Both the position numbers and the translations under genes were made by a program. The notes under the pieces were generated by a model that saw only the letters and a program-made list of their open reading frames with translations, made no database searches and was not told the DNA's origin. Of a DNA stretch of 45,414 nucleotides, positions 9,447 to 18,166 are shown piece by piece; position 1 is the stretch's first letter; each line of letters begins with the position of its first letter. The stretch is from the UHGV virus genome UHGV-0206544. One strand, given 5' to 3'. This DNA is from a virus.

Positions 9447-10100
9447 ATGAAGCTGTATGGCATTGTTGGTGCAGGTGGGTATGGAAGAGAAGTCATGCCA
9501 CTTGTACAAGAGGTAATGTTAAAATCTCATCTTTCAGCGGACACGCAATGTGTATTTGTCGTTGAGAATGCCAAAGAAAAAGTGGTTAATGGATTTCCCG
9601 TTTTATCACCAGAAGAATTTTTCGCAATTCCGGCCGATGAAAAGTATTTTAATGTGGCAATTGCAGCCAGCAGGGCAAGAGAAAGGATTTCAACTTTATT
9701 TATAGACAAAGGGATCCTCCCTTTTTCCGTAACTAGTAACCATTCAGTAATTTACAGTACATCAGAAATTGGCGAAGGAGCTATTATTAATCCCTTTGCA
9801 ATTATATCTGCAAATTCAAAAGTCGGCAGATTTTTCCATGCAAACGTATACTCATACATAGCTCACGATTGTATTATAGGGAATTACGTTACATTTGCCC
9901 CTGGTGTAAAATGCTGCGGAAATGTAGTTGTTGAGGACCACGCCTACGTTGGTGCGGGTGCAGTAATCAGACAAAATACAGCAGAACAACCAATTATCAT
10001 TGGCGCAGGAGCGGTAATAGGAATGGGAGCCATTGTCACAAAGAGCGTTCCTGCAGGAATAACTGTTGCTGGAAACCCAGCCAGACCGCTAATAAAATAA
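9447..10100 (+). CDS. hexapeptide-repeat acetyltransferase, NeuD/PglD-like family (moron)
   Basis: Start at ATG 9447 with SD AGGAG. N-terminal MKLYGIVGAGGYGREV (Rossmann-like) and C-terminal left-handed beta-helix hexapeptide repeats (IGEGAIINP...IGNYVTFAPGV...VGAGAVIRQN...IGAGAVIGMGAIV). AT-rich relative to neighbours; a TTGACC-17-AATTAA promoter candidate at 9376-9404. Confidence 0.8.
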   Translation: MKLYGIVGAGGYGREVMPLVQEVMLKSHLSADTQCVFVVENAKEKVVNGFPVLSPEEFFAIPADEKYFNVAIAASRARERISTLFIDKGILPFSVTSNHSVIYSTSEIGEGAIINPFAIISANSKVGRFFHANVYSYIAHDCIIGNYVTFAPGVKCCGNVVVEDHAYVGAGAVIRQNTAEQPIIIGAGAVIGMGAIVTKSVPAGITVAGNPARPLIK

Positions 10101-10208
10101 TCGTAGATGGCGTTAGTTTAAACCATAACTATATTGGTGTGACTATAAGAAAATATAACTGTCTTACAGTAACTTAACTTCTAACCACCAATTAGGACTT
10201 GATAGCGT

Positions 10209-10243
10209 TGACTCAAAAAATGATACTGTAATTATATACAGTA
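10209..10243 (+). promoter_or_regulatory. SOS-regulated promoter: -35 TTGACT, -10 ATTATA embedded in a perfect LexA box TACTGTAATTATATACAGTA
   Basis: CTGT-N8-ACAG palindrome at 10226-10241 with TA flanks. Sits 18 nt upstream of the humD-like start. Confidence 0.6.
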
Positions 10244-10260
10244 TCATAGAGGTGGTTATC

Positions 10261-10650
10261 ATGGGTTTCCCATCCCCAGCAGCGGACTACGTAGAGAGAA
10301 GCATTTCGCTTGACGAAAAATTTGTTGAACATCCAGCATCTACATACTTCATGAGAGCAGGGCAAACATACTGGCGAGAAGGCATCCAGAATGGTGCCTT
10401 GCTGGTCGTGGATAGCTCACTTAAGCCATGTGATGGCTCTCTGCTCGTTTGTAGGATAGATGATGAGTTAAGGATAAAGCGTTACCGCGCCCATCCAAAG
10501 CCTCATTTGGTGAATCTTGAGAACGGCAAGCGTGAAGAGATACCGGGGAAGACTGGAGACTACAATGTGTCATCACCGGTATTCGGGGTGATCACCTACA
10601 TCATCAACGATGCTCGCTCTGGTGAGTTTGATGATTGTCCGGTGATGTGA
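10261..10650 (+). CDS. humD: UmuD'-like protein (P1 HumD-like), naturally lacking the N-terminal cleavable arm
   Basis: Begins MGFPSPAADYVE, the N-terminus of processed UmuD'. It aligns along UmuD' with GQTY in place of GDSM and K retained (RIKRY vs TVKKL). SD AGAGGTGG. Confidence 0.75.
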   Translation: MGFPSPAADYVERSISLDEKFVEHPASTYFMRAGQTYWREGIQNGALLVVDSSLKPCDGSLLVCRIDDELRIKRYRAHPKPHLVNLENGKREEIPGKTGDYNVSSPVFGVITYIINDARSGEFDDCPVM

Positions 10651-10773
10651 GACAAGAATGGGACACACAAAGCTTTGCATCGGTTTGCAAGGCTTTGCAT
10701 GTTTTTAGAAGGTGGGACGTGTGAGCGCTGTTGTGATGGGGTAAGTTATTGTTATCTTAGATAGTCCTAGGAA

Positions 10774-10818
10774 CTTCTAAGCCGTCGGTCACAGGTTCGA
10801 ATCCTGTAGGGGGCGCCA
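10774..10818 (+). other. attP core: 45-nt 3' fragment of tRNA-Arg(UCU), from anticodon loop to CCA
   Basis: CTTCTAAGCCGTCGGTCACAGGTTCGAATCCTGTAGGGGGCGCCA. Anticodon loop, T-arm (ACAGG-TTCGAAT-CCTGT) and acceptor 3' strand plus CCA are present. No matching 5' half upstream. Adjacent to the integrase gene. Confidence 0.6.
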
Positions 10819-10833
10819 TTATAAATCAACGAT

Positions 10834-11997
10834 TTAACCATTTCCGCCAGCCTCCATATTTCCCTCGTGGGACATATTTGGGACATCATCGTTAAAAATC
10901 GAGTCAATTTGCTTCGCATGTTCGGTAAGGTGATTGGGCGCGAGATGAGCATATCGGCGTACCATTTCTATCGATTCCCAGCCACCCATCTCCTGAAGAA
11001 CAGACAACGGTACACCTGACTGAATAAGCCAGCTTGCCCATGTATGTCTGAGGTCGTGAAACCGGAAATCTTCGATACCTGCACGCTTACATGCAGACTT
11101 CCATGCGCGACCATCATCGACTCTCATTTTCCTGACTGCTGGAGTGACAGAACCATCAGGCCTTCTTCCTGCCTTTGTGTGTACGAACACAAATTTATGA
11201 TGATTACCTATCTGGTCACGCAGAACCTTACATGCGGTATCATTCAGCGCTACGCCAATAGCCCTGTTTGATTTGCTGTCTTCCGGGTTAACCCATGCCA
11301 CCCGGCGCTGCATGTCTATCTGTTGCCACTCCAGATTGATGATGTTCGAACGCCTTAAACCTGTTGCCAGCGCAAACTTGACGACAGACTTTAACGGCTC
11401 CGGACATTCATCAATCAGCCTTTTTGCTTCATCCTTCTCCAGCCATCTAACCCGCTTATTGCGCACTGCCGGTATCTTGATGACAGGTGCTTTCTCAAGC
11501 CATTTCCAGTCGCGTTCTGCCGCTCTCAGAATGGCTTTCATCAGTGCAAGATGTTTGGCTTTGGTAGAGGTTGTTACAGACTTAGCAACATAATCCGGGT
11601 CTGGATTTCCTTTCTTCCTTGCTGCTGCCACCTTTGCCTTCCATATCTCCAGATGACTCCGGTTATGCATCCTGCTGACTGCTGAGTAAATCCTTGCCTC
11701 AGTAATATCCTTCAGTCTCACTCCTTCAAATTGCTCAAGCCAGAATCCCATCCGGCCTTTATCTGTATCGAGCGACTTCTTATCTGATTTCTCTTCAATC
11801 CAGCGTAAACACGCCTCCTCAAAAGTCACATCAGGAAAGTCACCGAGTCTGTCTACTCGCCAGAGTTCGGCTTTTCGCTTGTCGTGCAACTCCTGCGCTT
11901 GCCGTTTGTCCGCTGTGCCAAGAGATTCCTTAATTCGCTTCCCGCCCGGGAGCGAGTACGAGGCGTACCATATTTCACCTCTGCGGAAGATGGACAT
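10834..11997 (-). CDS. int: tyrosine site-specific integrase
   Basis: 387 aa. C-terminal catalytic region with [11 protein letters not shown]...VRRYAHL (R..HxxR..Y); N-terminal arm-binding region. Adjacent to the tRNA fragment. Confidence 0.9.
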   Translation of the reverse strand: MSIFRRGEIWYASYSLPGGKRIKESLGTADKRQAQELHDKRKAELWRVDRLGDFPDVTFEEACLRWIEEKSDKKSLDTDKGRMGFWLEQFEGVRLKDITEARIYSAVSRMHNRSHLEIWKAKVAAARKKGNPDPDYVAKSVTTSTKAKHLALMKAILRAAERDWKWLEKAPVIKIPAVRNKRVRWLEKDEAKRLIDECPEPLKSVVKFALATGLRRSNIINLEWQQIDMQRRVAWVNPEDSKSNRAIGVALNDTACKVLRDQIGNHHKFVFVHTKAGRRPDGSVTPAVRKMRVDDGRAWKSACKRAGIEDFRFHDLRHTWASWLIQSGVPLSVLQEMGGWESIEMVRRYAHLAPNHLTEHAKQIDSIFNDDVPNMSHEGNMEAGGNG

Positions 11998-12224
11998 TTG
12001 CGATCCTCTTTATGTGCATCACCCGCGCTCACCTCCACAGTATGCAGCGGAGACTGAAGCGCCGCAATGCAGGCTTGTCGAGTAGTGAGGTAAGGGGACT
12101 TTGGTTTGGTGGGGTCTTTGCGTGTTGCCTGAAGGCGGCCTGTGCGTATCCAGTTGGTAGCGGTAGGTCTGGATATCCTGAGAAATGCACAGGCCTCATC
12201 GAGTGTGAGGCTGTGTGATTCCAT
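11853..12224 (-). CDS. xis: excisionase / AlpA-like DNA-binding protein (C-terminal extent uncertain)
   Basis: N-terminus [35 protein letters not shown] is an HTH typical of phage Xis. Immediately upstream of int and overlapping it. Confidence 0.55.
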   Translation of the reverse strand: MESHSLTLDEACAFLRISRPTATNWIRTGRLQATRKDPTKPKSPYLTTRQACIAALQSPLHTVEVSAGDAHKEDRKCPSSAEVKYGTPRTRSRAGSELRNLLAQRTNGKRRSCTTSEKPNSGE

Positions 12225-12238
12225 GGTTACTCCGTTAA

Positions 12239-12553
12239 TTAAAGCTTCGGGAAATGCTTAGAATTCCTTTGCTTATTTTCCGCGTTGCGCTTGAGATTTC
12301 CTGCTGCCGCATACCAAACGTAGTGCCTTAAAAGCAATCCAAAGGCTGGTTTGCATTTAACACCATTAAATTCTTCGACATCACAAAAGAATGGACCGTT
12401 ACCAAGCCAAAGCCTGTATCCATCACGCTTTGCCGTTAGGGCTTCTTCGCAATGGGAATTAATGATAGGCTCCCATTCGCCGCGTTTTATTTGCTCTACA
12501 ACATTTCTTGCGTTATGTAATCTGGCGAGAAAGTCTGACAGAAAAGTAATCAT
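12239..12553 (-). CDS. hypothetical protein
   Basis: 104-aa ORF between xis and a terminator. Confidence 0.35.
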   Translation of the reverse strand: MITFLSDFLARLHNARNVVEQIKRGEWEPIINSHCEEALTAKRDGYRLWLGNGPFFCDVEEFNGVKCKPAFGLLLRHYVWYAAAGNLKRNAENKQRNSKHFPKL

Positions 12554-12561
12554 TATCTATC

Positions 12562-12586
12562 TCCAATAAAAAACCGCCATTGCGGC
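12562..12586 (-). terminator. rho-independent terminator (minus strand)
   Basis: Minus strand reads CCGCCGCAATGGCGG followed by TTTTTTATT. Confidence 0.6.
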
Positions 12587-12589
12587 GGT

Positions 12590-13177
12590 CTAGTAGATTA
12601 CGGTTACACCAGGAAGCGTTGGTAGCATGCTGTATAGCTTCTCTCTCACAATGGACTCCTGCCTATTATTCATTGCGTGAAGGTCAACGCATTCAATAAG
12701 CTGACGAACGAACTCTTTAACAGCCTCATCGCGTTTCCTTTCAGCTTCTGAGCGAATGGGGCGGAATTCTGCACGATTGTATCCAGCAGAGAACTTTTCT
12801 AGGCGGTCATTGAGATACTCATTTTCAGATTGAACAATTCCTATAACCTCACCATTGTGGACATAGACAACATCTATAACCAGCCAGCAGCCTTCAAAGT
12901 CATCTGCCTTCACTTCTACGCGACAGCCAACCGGAGGCAATCCCTCGCCATCCCATTCTGTCTTGCTGGCCGCAAGTGCGGCTTCGTACTGTTTTCTGTT
13001 TATCTTTACGTGAGCATCGTAATGCTGTCTTCTGTGGTCTTCGCACAACTCATCATGAAACCACCCAAGAGGCCTCATCATTTTGTCGTAATCCTGCCAA
13101 ATTTCCTCGACACCTTCAGGCCAACCTCCGCGACGAGGTAACTCCTGTACTAATGCTTCAATCAGTTTCACATCCAT
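12590..13177 (-). CDS. hypothetical protein
   Basis: 195-aa ORF in the early-left operon. Confidence 0.4.
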   Translation of the reverse strand: MDVKLIEALVQELPRRGGWPEGVEEIWQDYDKMMRPLGWFHDELCEDHRRQHYDAHVKINRKQYEAALAASKTEWDGEGLPPVGCRVEVKADDFEGCWLVIDVVYVHNGEVIGIVQSENEYLNDRLEKFSAGYNRAEFRPIRSEAERKRDEAVKEFVRQLIECVDLHAMNNRQESIVREKLYSMLPTLPGVTVIY

Positions 13178-13186
13178 CTCCTTATG

Positions 13187-13426
13187 CTAATTTCTTATAC
13201 AAGCGAGGCTCATCAACAGTAGCGCGCGAAGTTCGTGTTCGTGATGCACCGAGTAGTTGCCGTCATCCCAACGCACCCACGTTTTCGGATGGTCGCTATC
13301 CGGCTCAATCAGGCTCTCAACCATCCCTCTGATGCCTCCAGACTTAAGCTGCACTAACGCGCCCACAGCAAATTTAGCCATAACAAGCCCTCTGATTGAT
13401 GTGCGAGTGAAGAGATAGCCATCCAT
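13187..13426 (-). CDS. small protein, DUF2158/YodC-like
   Basis: MAKFAVGALVQLKSGG...WVRWDDG pattern. Likely start at the internal M. Confidence 0.35.
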   Translation of the reverse strand: MDGYLFTRTSIRGLVMAKFAVGALVQLKSGGIRGMVESLIEPDSDHPKTWVRWDDGNYSVHHEHELRALLLMSLACIRN

Positions 13427-13534
13427 GCAATAAGAGCCATGATGACGAGTGTCACAGGGTTAAGGTGCATAGGGACTCCGGATAAAAGAAAACCTCGACT
13501 GTGCGAGGTTTGTTAGTTGCGCCCTGCTGGGGAT

Positions 13535-13768
13535 TTAGCCATGTAAATCCCTCTTCCCACATTTCAGGAAAATCGCTGTGCTATCGTCTTCAAACCACCA
13601 GTCATGTTTGCATGAAGATTGCGCTTCACTTCTTTTCACATGAGGCAGAAGCATGCGGTAAGCCTCCAGAGCAAAATCTTCTTTCAGAGACCGCTGGCAG
13701 GTTTCCAGTTCAGCAATTCTGGCAGTCAGTGTATCCTGAGTCACCTTAGCCATTTTCCACCCCAACAA
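13535..13768 (-). CDS. hypothetical protein
   Basis: 77-aa ORF. Confidence 0.3.
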   Translation of the reverse strand: MLGWKMAKVTQDTLTARIAELETCQRSLKEDFALEAYRMLLPHVKRSEAQSSCKHDWWFEDDSTAIFLKCGKRDLHG

Positions 13769-13936
13769 TAACCATGGCGATGATAAAAAATGGTGCGCAG
13801 ATAGCAGCCAAAAACAGCAGCATCCAGATCATGAACATCGCATTCTGAAAACGGTAAAATCTAATCAATATATGGTGCGTTTTCTCAGCATCGCCAATTT
13901 GCATGCTGATTACAGGCTTATGGTTAATCCCTCCCA

Positions 13937-14509
13937 TCATTCAGCCTCCTGCTGCGGTGCTGCTGAAAAATGCTCAACACCTTTAGCCCAGATGGCTTTG
14001 ATGTTCGTCCAACTGACAGGAACTGTAATTTCAATTCTTCCGCTGCCGTCACAGGTTTCGCATTCATCATCACCAAAATATCCCTGCCATGTTTGTGAAC
14101 CAATTACCGAGCCCGCTTGTCTGCCACTGAAGTTAGCTTTTGCTGTAAGGACACCCGTTTCTGGGTTGTAATCAATGAGGTCTCTGATATCACCTACCGA
14201 CATAAGTAGGTGCTTCTTAAGCCCTTCAATCTCCTTCTCCAGTGGTTCGGTCGCCTCGCGTTTAACTTCAGCCAGGAAAGCGTCTGTCGATGGGGTTTCT
14301 GCCCATAAATCAGGCATCACGTCATCCCACTTAGCAATGTCACCGTTCAGGTGATAGCCAACAATACCGTCTGATTCGTAGTAGAGCGTTTGCACATCGC
14401 CGATTACCTGCTGCATATGCGCATTCTCCGCAGCCAGCGCCAGGCATTTCGCTTCCAGTTCTTCATAACTCGGTTTCATTTCCCACCTCTCAGCATCGCA
14501 TTCAGCCAC
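13937..14509 (-). CDS. Ead/Ea22-like protein
   Basis: N-terminus MKPSYEELEAKCLALAAEN is shared with ORF 24621..25010 ([17 protein letters not shown]). Confidence 0.45.
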   Translation of the reverse strand: MAECDAERWEMKPSYEELEAKCLALAAENAHMQQVIGDVQTLYYESDGIVGYHLNGDIAKWDDVMPDLWAETPSTDAFLAEVKREATEPLEKEIEGLKKHLLMSVGDIRDLIDYNPETGVLTAKANFSGRQAGSVIGSQTWQGYFGDDECETCDGSGRIEITVPVSWTNIKAIWAKGVEHFSAAPQQEAE

Positions 14510-14656
14510 TTGTTGTTCTGGAGTCGTGTTTTCGTATCGAAAGAGTCGCGCTTGAGTAACTCCTGCTTATCTGGCATTGGCTTGAAGCGGTGACGTGCTA
14601 CGAGTTCGTTTGGAGAAATGCCAGGGTCGTATGTGTTGCCTATCATGATGAATTCC

Positions 14657-14950
14657 TTAGTCGTCTCGTCTGTTGCCGTAGCGTCCATAACGAACAACCA
14701 TGCGCGGGTCGATGGACTCTTTGAATTTCTCTAGTGGTTTGCGGAACGGACGGATTGATGTCTGGTAGATGGCTTCGCGCTCTTCTTTTTCCGCAAGCCA
14801 GATAAGATGGCGAACTTCCTTTTCTGCTTTCGTTTCCTGTGGCATAGCCATAATCAGGTCGTAGTTCTTTCTGAAATTATCCAGCACCTCCGATACGGAA
14901 TTACCAGATAACCGGCGCGGGTCGTCCGCACCGTATAGAGGCGCTGGCAT
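14657..14950 (-). CDS. hypothetical protein
   Basis: 97-aa ORF upstream of ssb. Confidence 0.35.
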   Translation of the reverse strand: MPAPLYGADDPRRLSGNSVSEVLDNFRKNYDLIMAMPQETKAEKEVRHLIWLAEKEEREAIYQTSIRPFRKPLEKFKESIDPRMVVRYGRYGNRRDD

Positions 14951-14963
14951 TTGTTACTCCTGA

Positions 14964-15467
14964 TTAAATTGCGTGAATTGTGTGGCGAGGGAATGAGAGT
15001 GTTACTGGTGCAAATGGCACATCATCATCAAAATCCATCGGTGGCGCATTGTTGGTAGATGATGCACTCTGTTGCTGACTTCCTTGTTGTTGTGGTGCTG
15101 ACTGGCGATTACCATCCTGTTTACTGCCAAGCATTTGCATCACTCCACCAACACCAACGAGCACTTCCGTTGTGTATTTTTCAACACCGGACTGGTCTGT
15201 CCATTTTCTAGTTCGTAACTTTCCTTCCAGGTATACTTCAGAACCTTTTCTGAGATATTCACCTGCGATTTCTGCTAACTTCCCACTGACTACTACACGG
15301 TGCCATTCTGTTTGCTCTTTCTGCTCACCGGTCTGCTTGTCTCTCCATTGTTCCGATGTGGCTACGGTCATGTTGGCAAATACAGCACCAGAAGGCGCAT
15401 AGCGCACTTCCGGATCCTGACCTAATCGACCTACGATGATTACCTTGTTGACGCCTCTGCTAGCCAT
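14964..15467 (-). CDS. ssb: single-stranded DNA-binding protein
   Basis: OB-fold N-terminus ([18 protein letters not shown]), Gln/Gly-rich linker and acidic tail ...MDFDDDVPF. Confidence 0.85.
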   Translation of the reverse strand: MASRGVNKVIIVGRLGQDPEVRYAPSGAVFANMTVATSEQWRDKQTGEQKEQTEWHRVVVSGKLAEIAGEYLRKGSEVYLEGKLRTRKWTDQSGVEKYTTEVLVGVGGVMQMLGSKQDGNRQSAPQQQGSQQQSASSTNNAPPMDFDDDVPFAPVTLSFPRHTIHAI

Positions 15468-16199
15468 TTATGCCGCCTTTTTAAGTTCACTGATACGAGT
15501 ATTCATTGCCTGTACGCACTTCTCCTGATGCTCAGGGTGTCCATTCATTAACTGCCAGTCTGACTGATAGCGTTCAATCAGATTTTTCTTCACCGTTTCC
15601 GTTAGTGCATAAGCGCAAAAGTCAGCCAATACCTTGTCGGCATCAATGGCGTCGGCGTTGACTCCCTCAGCGTTTTCGCTGCTTGTATCAGCGGGTAAAT
15701 GCTGTTCTTGGTTTCCCGCAGGAAGAGCCCACGCAGGAAGTTGAGGAGGTGACCAGTAGAAAACGCCAAGCTCTTTTGTTTTTGCGTAAATGAAGCCTTT
15801 TTGACGTTCCGCTGATACTGTTGCAAACACTTCAGTGAGGTCATACAGGTATCTTCCAATTCCCCATTGAACAGCTGCGCGCTTCATAGCTCCAGAGCGA
15901 CCGCCTTTTACCGCCTCAACCTGTGTGTTTTCTGCCGCATCCCACTTGGTGATCCATTCTCCTTCAACCTTGATGGAAATACCGCACTCAACGCCGCCAC
16001 CATTAGGGATATCGCGATACTCGTTACGCCATCCTGACTTGCCGCAAACCTCATCAAGGCGCTTCATGATTGCCCGATTGGTTACATAAGCCAGAACCTT
16101 AGCCCAGATACCGCTATTGTTTTTACCGGCCTGCTGGATGCGCCACTCAATATCATTGCTGGCAAATGGCTCATCTAATTTTTCCAAATCCATAAGCAC
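15468..16199 (-). CDS. Rad52/Sak-like single-strand annealing protein
   Basis: 243 aa. Motif AAVQWGIGRYLYDL. Immediately upstream of ssb in the recombination-module position. Confidence 0.55.
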   Translation of the reverse strand: MLMDLEKLDEPFASNDIEWRIQQAGKNNSGIWAKVLAYVTNRAIMKRLDEVCGKSGWRNEYRDIPNGGGVECGISIKVEGEWITKWDAAENTQVEAVKGGRSGAMKRAAVQWGIGRYLYDLTEVFATVSAERQKGFIYAKTKELGVFYWSPPQLPAWALPAGNQEQHLPADTSSENAEGVNADAIDADKVLADFCAYALTETVKKNLIERYQSDWQLMNGHPEHQEKCVQAMNTRISELKKAA

Positions 16200-16200
16200 C

Positions 16201-16371
16201 TCAGAACGGGCATCCGCCCAGGAAATAACGTTGATTAAGCACCTCTAAGCGCGACAGGTTGAGATACATACGCATGCGCTCTCTGTCACCCTTGTGACGC
16301 CACCACAGAGCTTGTGTCGTTGTCATGCGGCGCTGTAGCTGGCTTTCTTTCACTGTCGTTGTCGGCTGCAT
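16201..16371 (-). CDS. small hypothetical protein
   Basis: Internal ATG with SD GAAGGAGG. 56 aa. Confidence 0.3.
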   Translation of the reverse strand: MQPTTTVKESQLQRRMTTTQALWWRHKGDRERMRMYLNLSRLEVLNQRYFLGGCPF

Positions 16372-16446
16372 GGAGACCTCCTTCGCTGCCAATTAAATCT
16401 TGCATGAGACGCACAAAGGCATCTTCTGACCAGGTATCTGCAATGC

Positions 16447-16617
16447 TCACGGCTGCACCTTCTGATTCAGAAATTCAACCAGACGCTCCAGCAAGCTCTT
16501 AACGCGAGGCTGCTTGAAGTCTGCGCCGGTAATGATGTTCTGGCGTGAATGCTGGACGGATAAGATAGGGTCGAAAGGGCGAACCGATGCCGCCCCTGCA
16601 ATAGCGAACTGTTGCAT
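16447..16617 (-). CDS. cIII: cIII-like small protein (possible FtsH inhibitor), missed by the ORF track
   Basis: 56 aa MQQFAIAGAASV...KSLLERLVEFLNQKVQP with a perfect SD AAAGGAG. Resembles lambda CIII (MQYAIAG...SLLERI...LNQ). Confidence 0.45.
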   Translation of the reverse strand: MQQFAIAGAASVRPFDPILSVQHSRQNIITGADFKQPRVKSLLERLVEFLNQKVQP

Positions 16618-16687
16618 GGTGTGCTCCTTTTAAATTGATTGGCATAGCGCTGCACTCGAAATGAATGCACTGATATGCGGATATGAA

Positions 16688-16712
16688 AAAGCCGCACTCA
16701 GGCGGCTTCTGA
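16688..16712 (-). terminator. rho-independent terminator (hairpin AAGCCGC-N6-GCGGCTT with T-run on the minus strand)
   Basis: Perfect 7-bp stem overlapping the stop of gene 16698..16949. Confidence 0.45.
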
Positions 16713-16949
16713 TTTCTCGTCTTCGTAACGCTCAATAATCTCATCGCTGTATCCGTTTTCTGTTAGATAAGCGATTATTTCATCCATGTTCATGTCACCA
16801 AATGCAGCATCAAGAAGAGTTTCACGAAAGCGCTTTAGCTCATCTCCAACATTCACTGTGAAATTAATTGTTGTTCCGTCTTCTTTAACCGTGACGTCTT
16901 TCCAACTTGCTGAACCGTAGTTGTTGCAGCCGCGAATGCTTATTTCCAT
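16698..16949 (-). CDS. hypothetical protein
   Basis: Start at the internal ATG with SD GGAGGAAAG. 83 aa. Confidence 0.4.
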   Translation of the reverse strand: MEISIRGCNNYGSASWKDVTVKEDGTTINFTVNVGDELKRFRETLLDAAFGDMNMDEIIAYLTENGYSDEIIERYEDEKSEAA

Positions 16950-17100
16950 ACTTTCCTCCAGGCAAAAAGAATGCCGCCCTGACTGCTGGCGGCAAAGACA
17001 TAACAAGGGATTTCCATCTATCAGACACTATCGAATCGTCTCCGATAGTACGGTGCGGTATTACACCCAATAGCTAACTCAGAGAATTAGCTATCAGCTG

Positions 17101-17322
17101 CTATTCGCTTGGTGGTTCAGGTAATGGCATCCAGTGGGTTACAGGCCATCCACTGAATGCTTCAATAAACTCACCGCTTTCATTTTGCCAATGCTCATCT
17201 TCATCAAGATGCTCATCGTTTCGGTATATACCCATATCAACCCCACCCAAACTAACGTTGCATATGAGCACCCAGCAATCTGCATCAGGCATTCGCTCAC
17301 TACATTTAATCCACTCCATCAC
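17101..17322 (-). CDS. DUF551-like protein
   Basis: C-terminal W..MPLPEPP motif. Confidence 0.4.
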   Translation of the reverse strand: MMEWIKCSERMPDADCWVLICNVSLGGVDMGIYRNDEHLDEDEHWQNESGEFIEAFSGWPVTHWMPLPEPPSE

Positions 17323-17582
17323 TCCTCCCCCAGAGCCTTGCTGATGGCTACCATATCTTCTGCGTATTTAATATTCAGTGACAGAGTGGCTATACCAACC
17401 TGTTCTGCATTCCCGAAATCAACCATGCTAATCAGGTCACCACGACAAAATCCTGTATGTCCTGGCTCTCCGTTCTCTATAGCTACTGTCGGCAATTCGC
17501 TAAAACGGCTTGCAGGGTAGGCGTATTGCTTCCCTGTGAATTTGTTCCGAACAACTATCAATTTGTCAGTGACCATATTCAC
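17319..17582 (-). CDS. hypothetical protein
   Basis: 87 aa, ATGA-coupled to its neighbour. Confidence 0.35.
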   Translation of the reverse strand: MNMVTDKLIVVRNKFTGKQYAYPASRFSELPTVAIENGEPGHTGFCRGDLISMVDFGNAEQVGIATLSLNIKYAEDMVAISKALGEE

Positions 17583-17612
17583 CTCTGTGGCTTGCTGCCA
17601 AAAGAATGCCGA

Positions 17613-17807
17613 CTATGCGGCCTTTAGTTTCTCCAGCTCCCTGGCAATCATTGCCGTGGTTCTTATTGCCCATCTATCGACAATCTTTCCATCCTCTCTA
17701 ACAAGAGCCATTTCCTCAGGTTTAACCATGCATTCAGCATCAAGCTTGCAGCCTTTGCATTTCACATAGCGACCGCACCATTGATTAGTATCAATAGTCA
17801 TAGTCAT
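17613..17807 (-). CDS. small Cys-rich hypothetical protein
   Basis: 64 aa containing CxxC...CxxC. Confidence 0.3.
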   Translation of the reverse strand: MTMTIDTNQWCGRYVKCKGCKLDAECMVKPEEMALVREDGKIVDRWAIRTTAMIARELEKLKAA

Positions 17808-17884
17808 ATGGATAGTCCTGGTATTGGCTCATGTCATCCTGTGGATGCTCGTCAAACTCCTCAAATTCTTCTTCCATATTCACC

Positions 17885-18166
17885 TCAAATAAGTGGCTTG
17901 CTGCCTAATTTCATTTTCTGCCGTCCTGCACAAGTCACTCCCATTTCACGGGTTGGCTTGCTGTAGTACAGGAGATTAGTTTTCTGCGGTGCTTCCTGCT
18001 CTTTCTTATCGCGCAGACTTCCGAGCGAAGTGGCTCTGTCTACCCGATGCATATCGTTGGCTTTCTGTAACGCATTCTGAGAAGCTTCAGCGCGTCGCTT
18101 TGCAATCAGCTCACCACGCTTCAGATAACGCCGTGTAACGCTGTTGTGTGCGGTAAAGTTGGTCAT
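17885..18166 (-). CDS. N-like transcription antiterminator
   Basis: First gene downstream of the pL/oL candidate. N-terminal arginine-rich motif TRRYLKRGELIAKRRAEA. SD GGAGGA. A boxA-like element lies upstream. Confidence 0.45.
   Translation of the reverse strand: MTNFTAHNSVTRRYLKRGELIAKRRAEASQNALQKANDMHRVDRATSLGSLRDKKEQEAPQKTNLLYYSKPTREMGVTCAGRQKMKLGSKPLI

Noticed and set aside
9423-9470. Phase-variable neuO-type heptanucleotide repeats at the 5' end of the acetyltransferase
   Set aside because: No tandem repeats are present at or upstream of the start codon.
10252-10260. GTG start at 10252 for the umuD'-like gene (ORF-track start)
   Set aside because: The ATG at 10261 has a well-spaced SD (AGAGGTGG) and produces the exact UmuD' N-terminus GFPSPAADY. 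GTG 10252 would sit on the SD.
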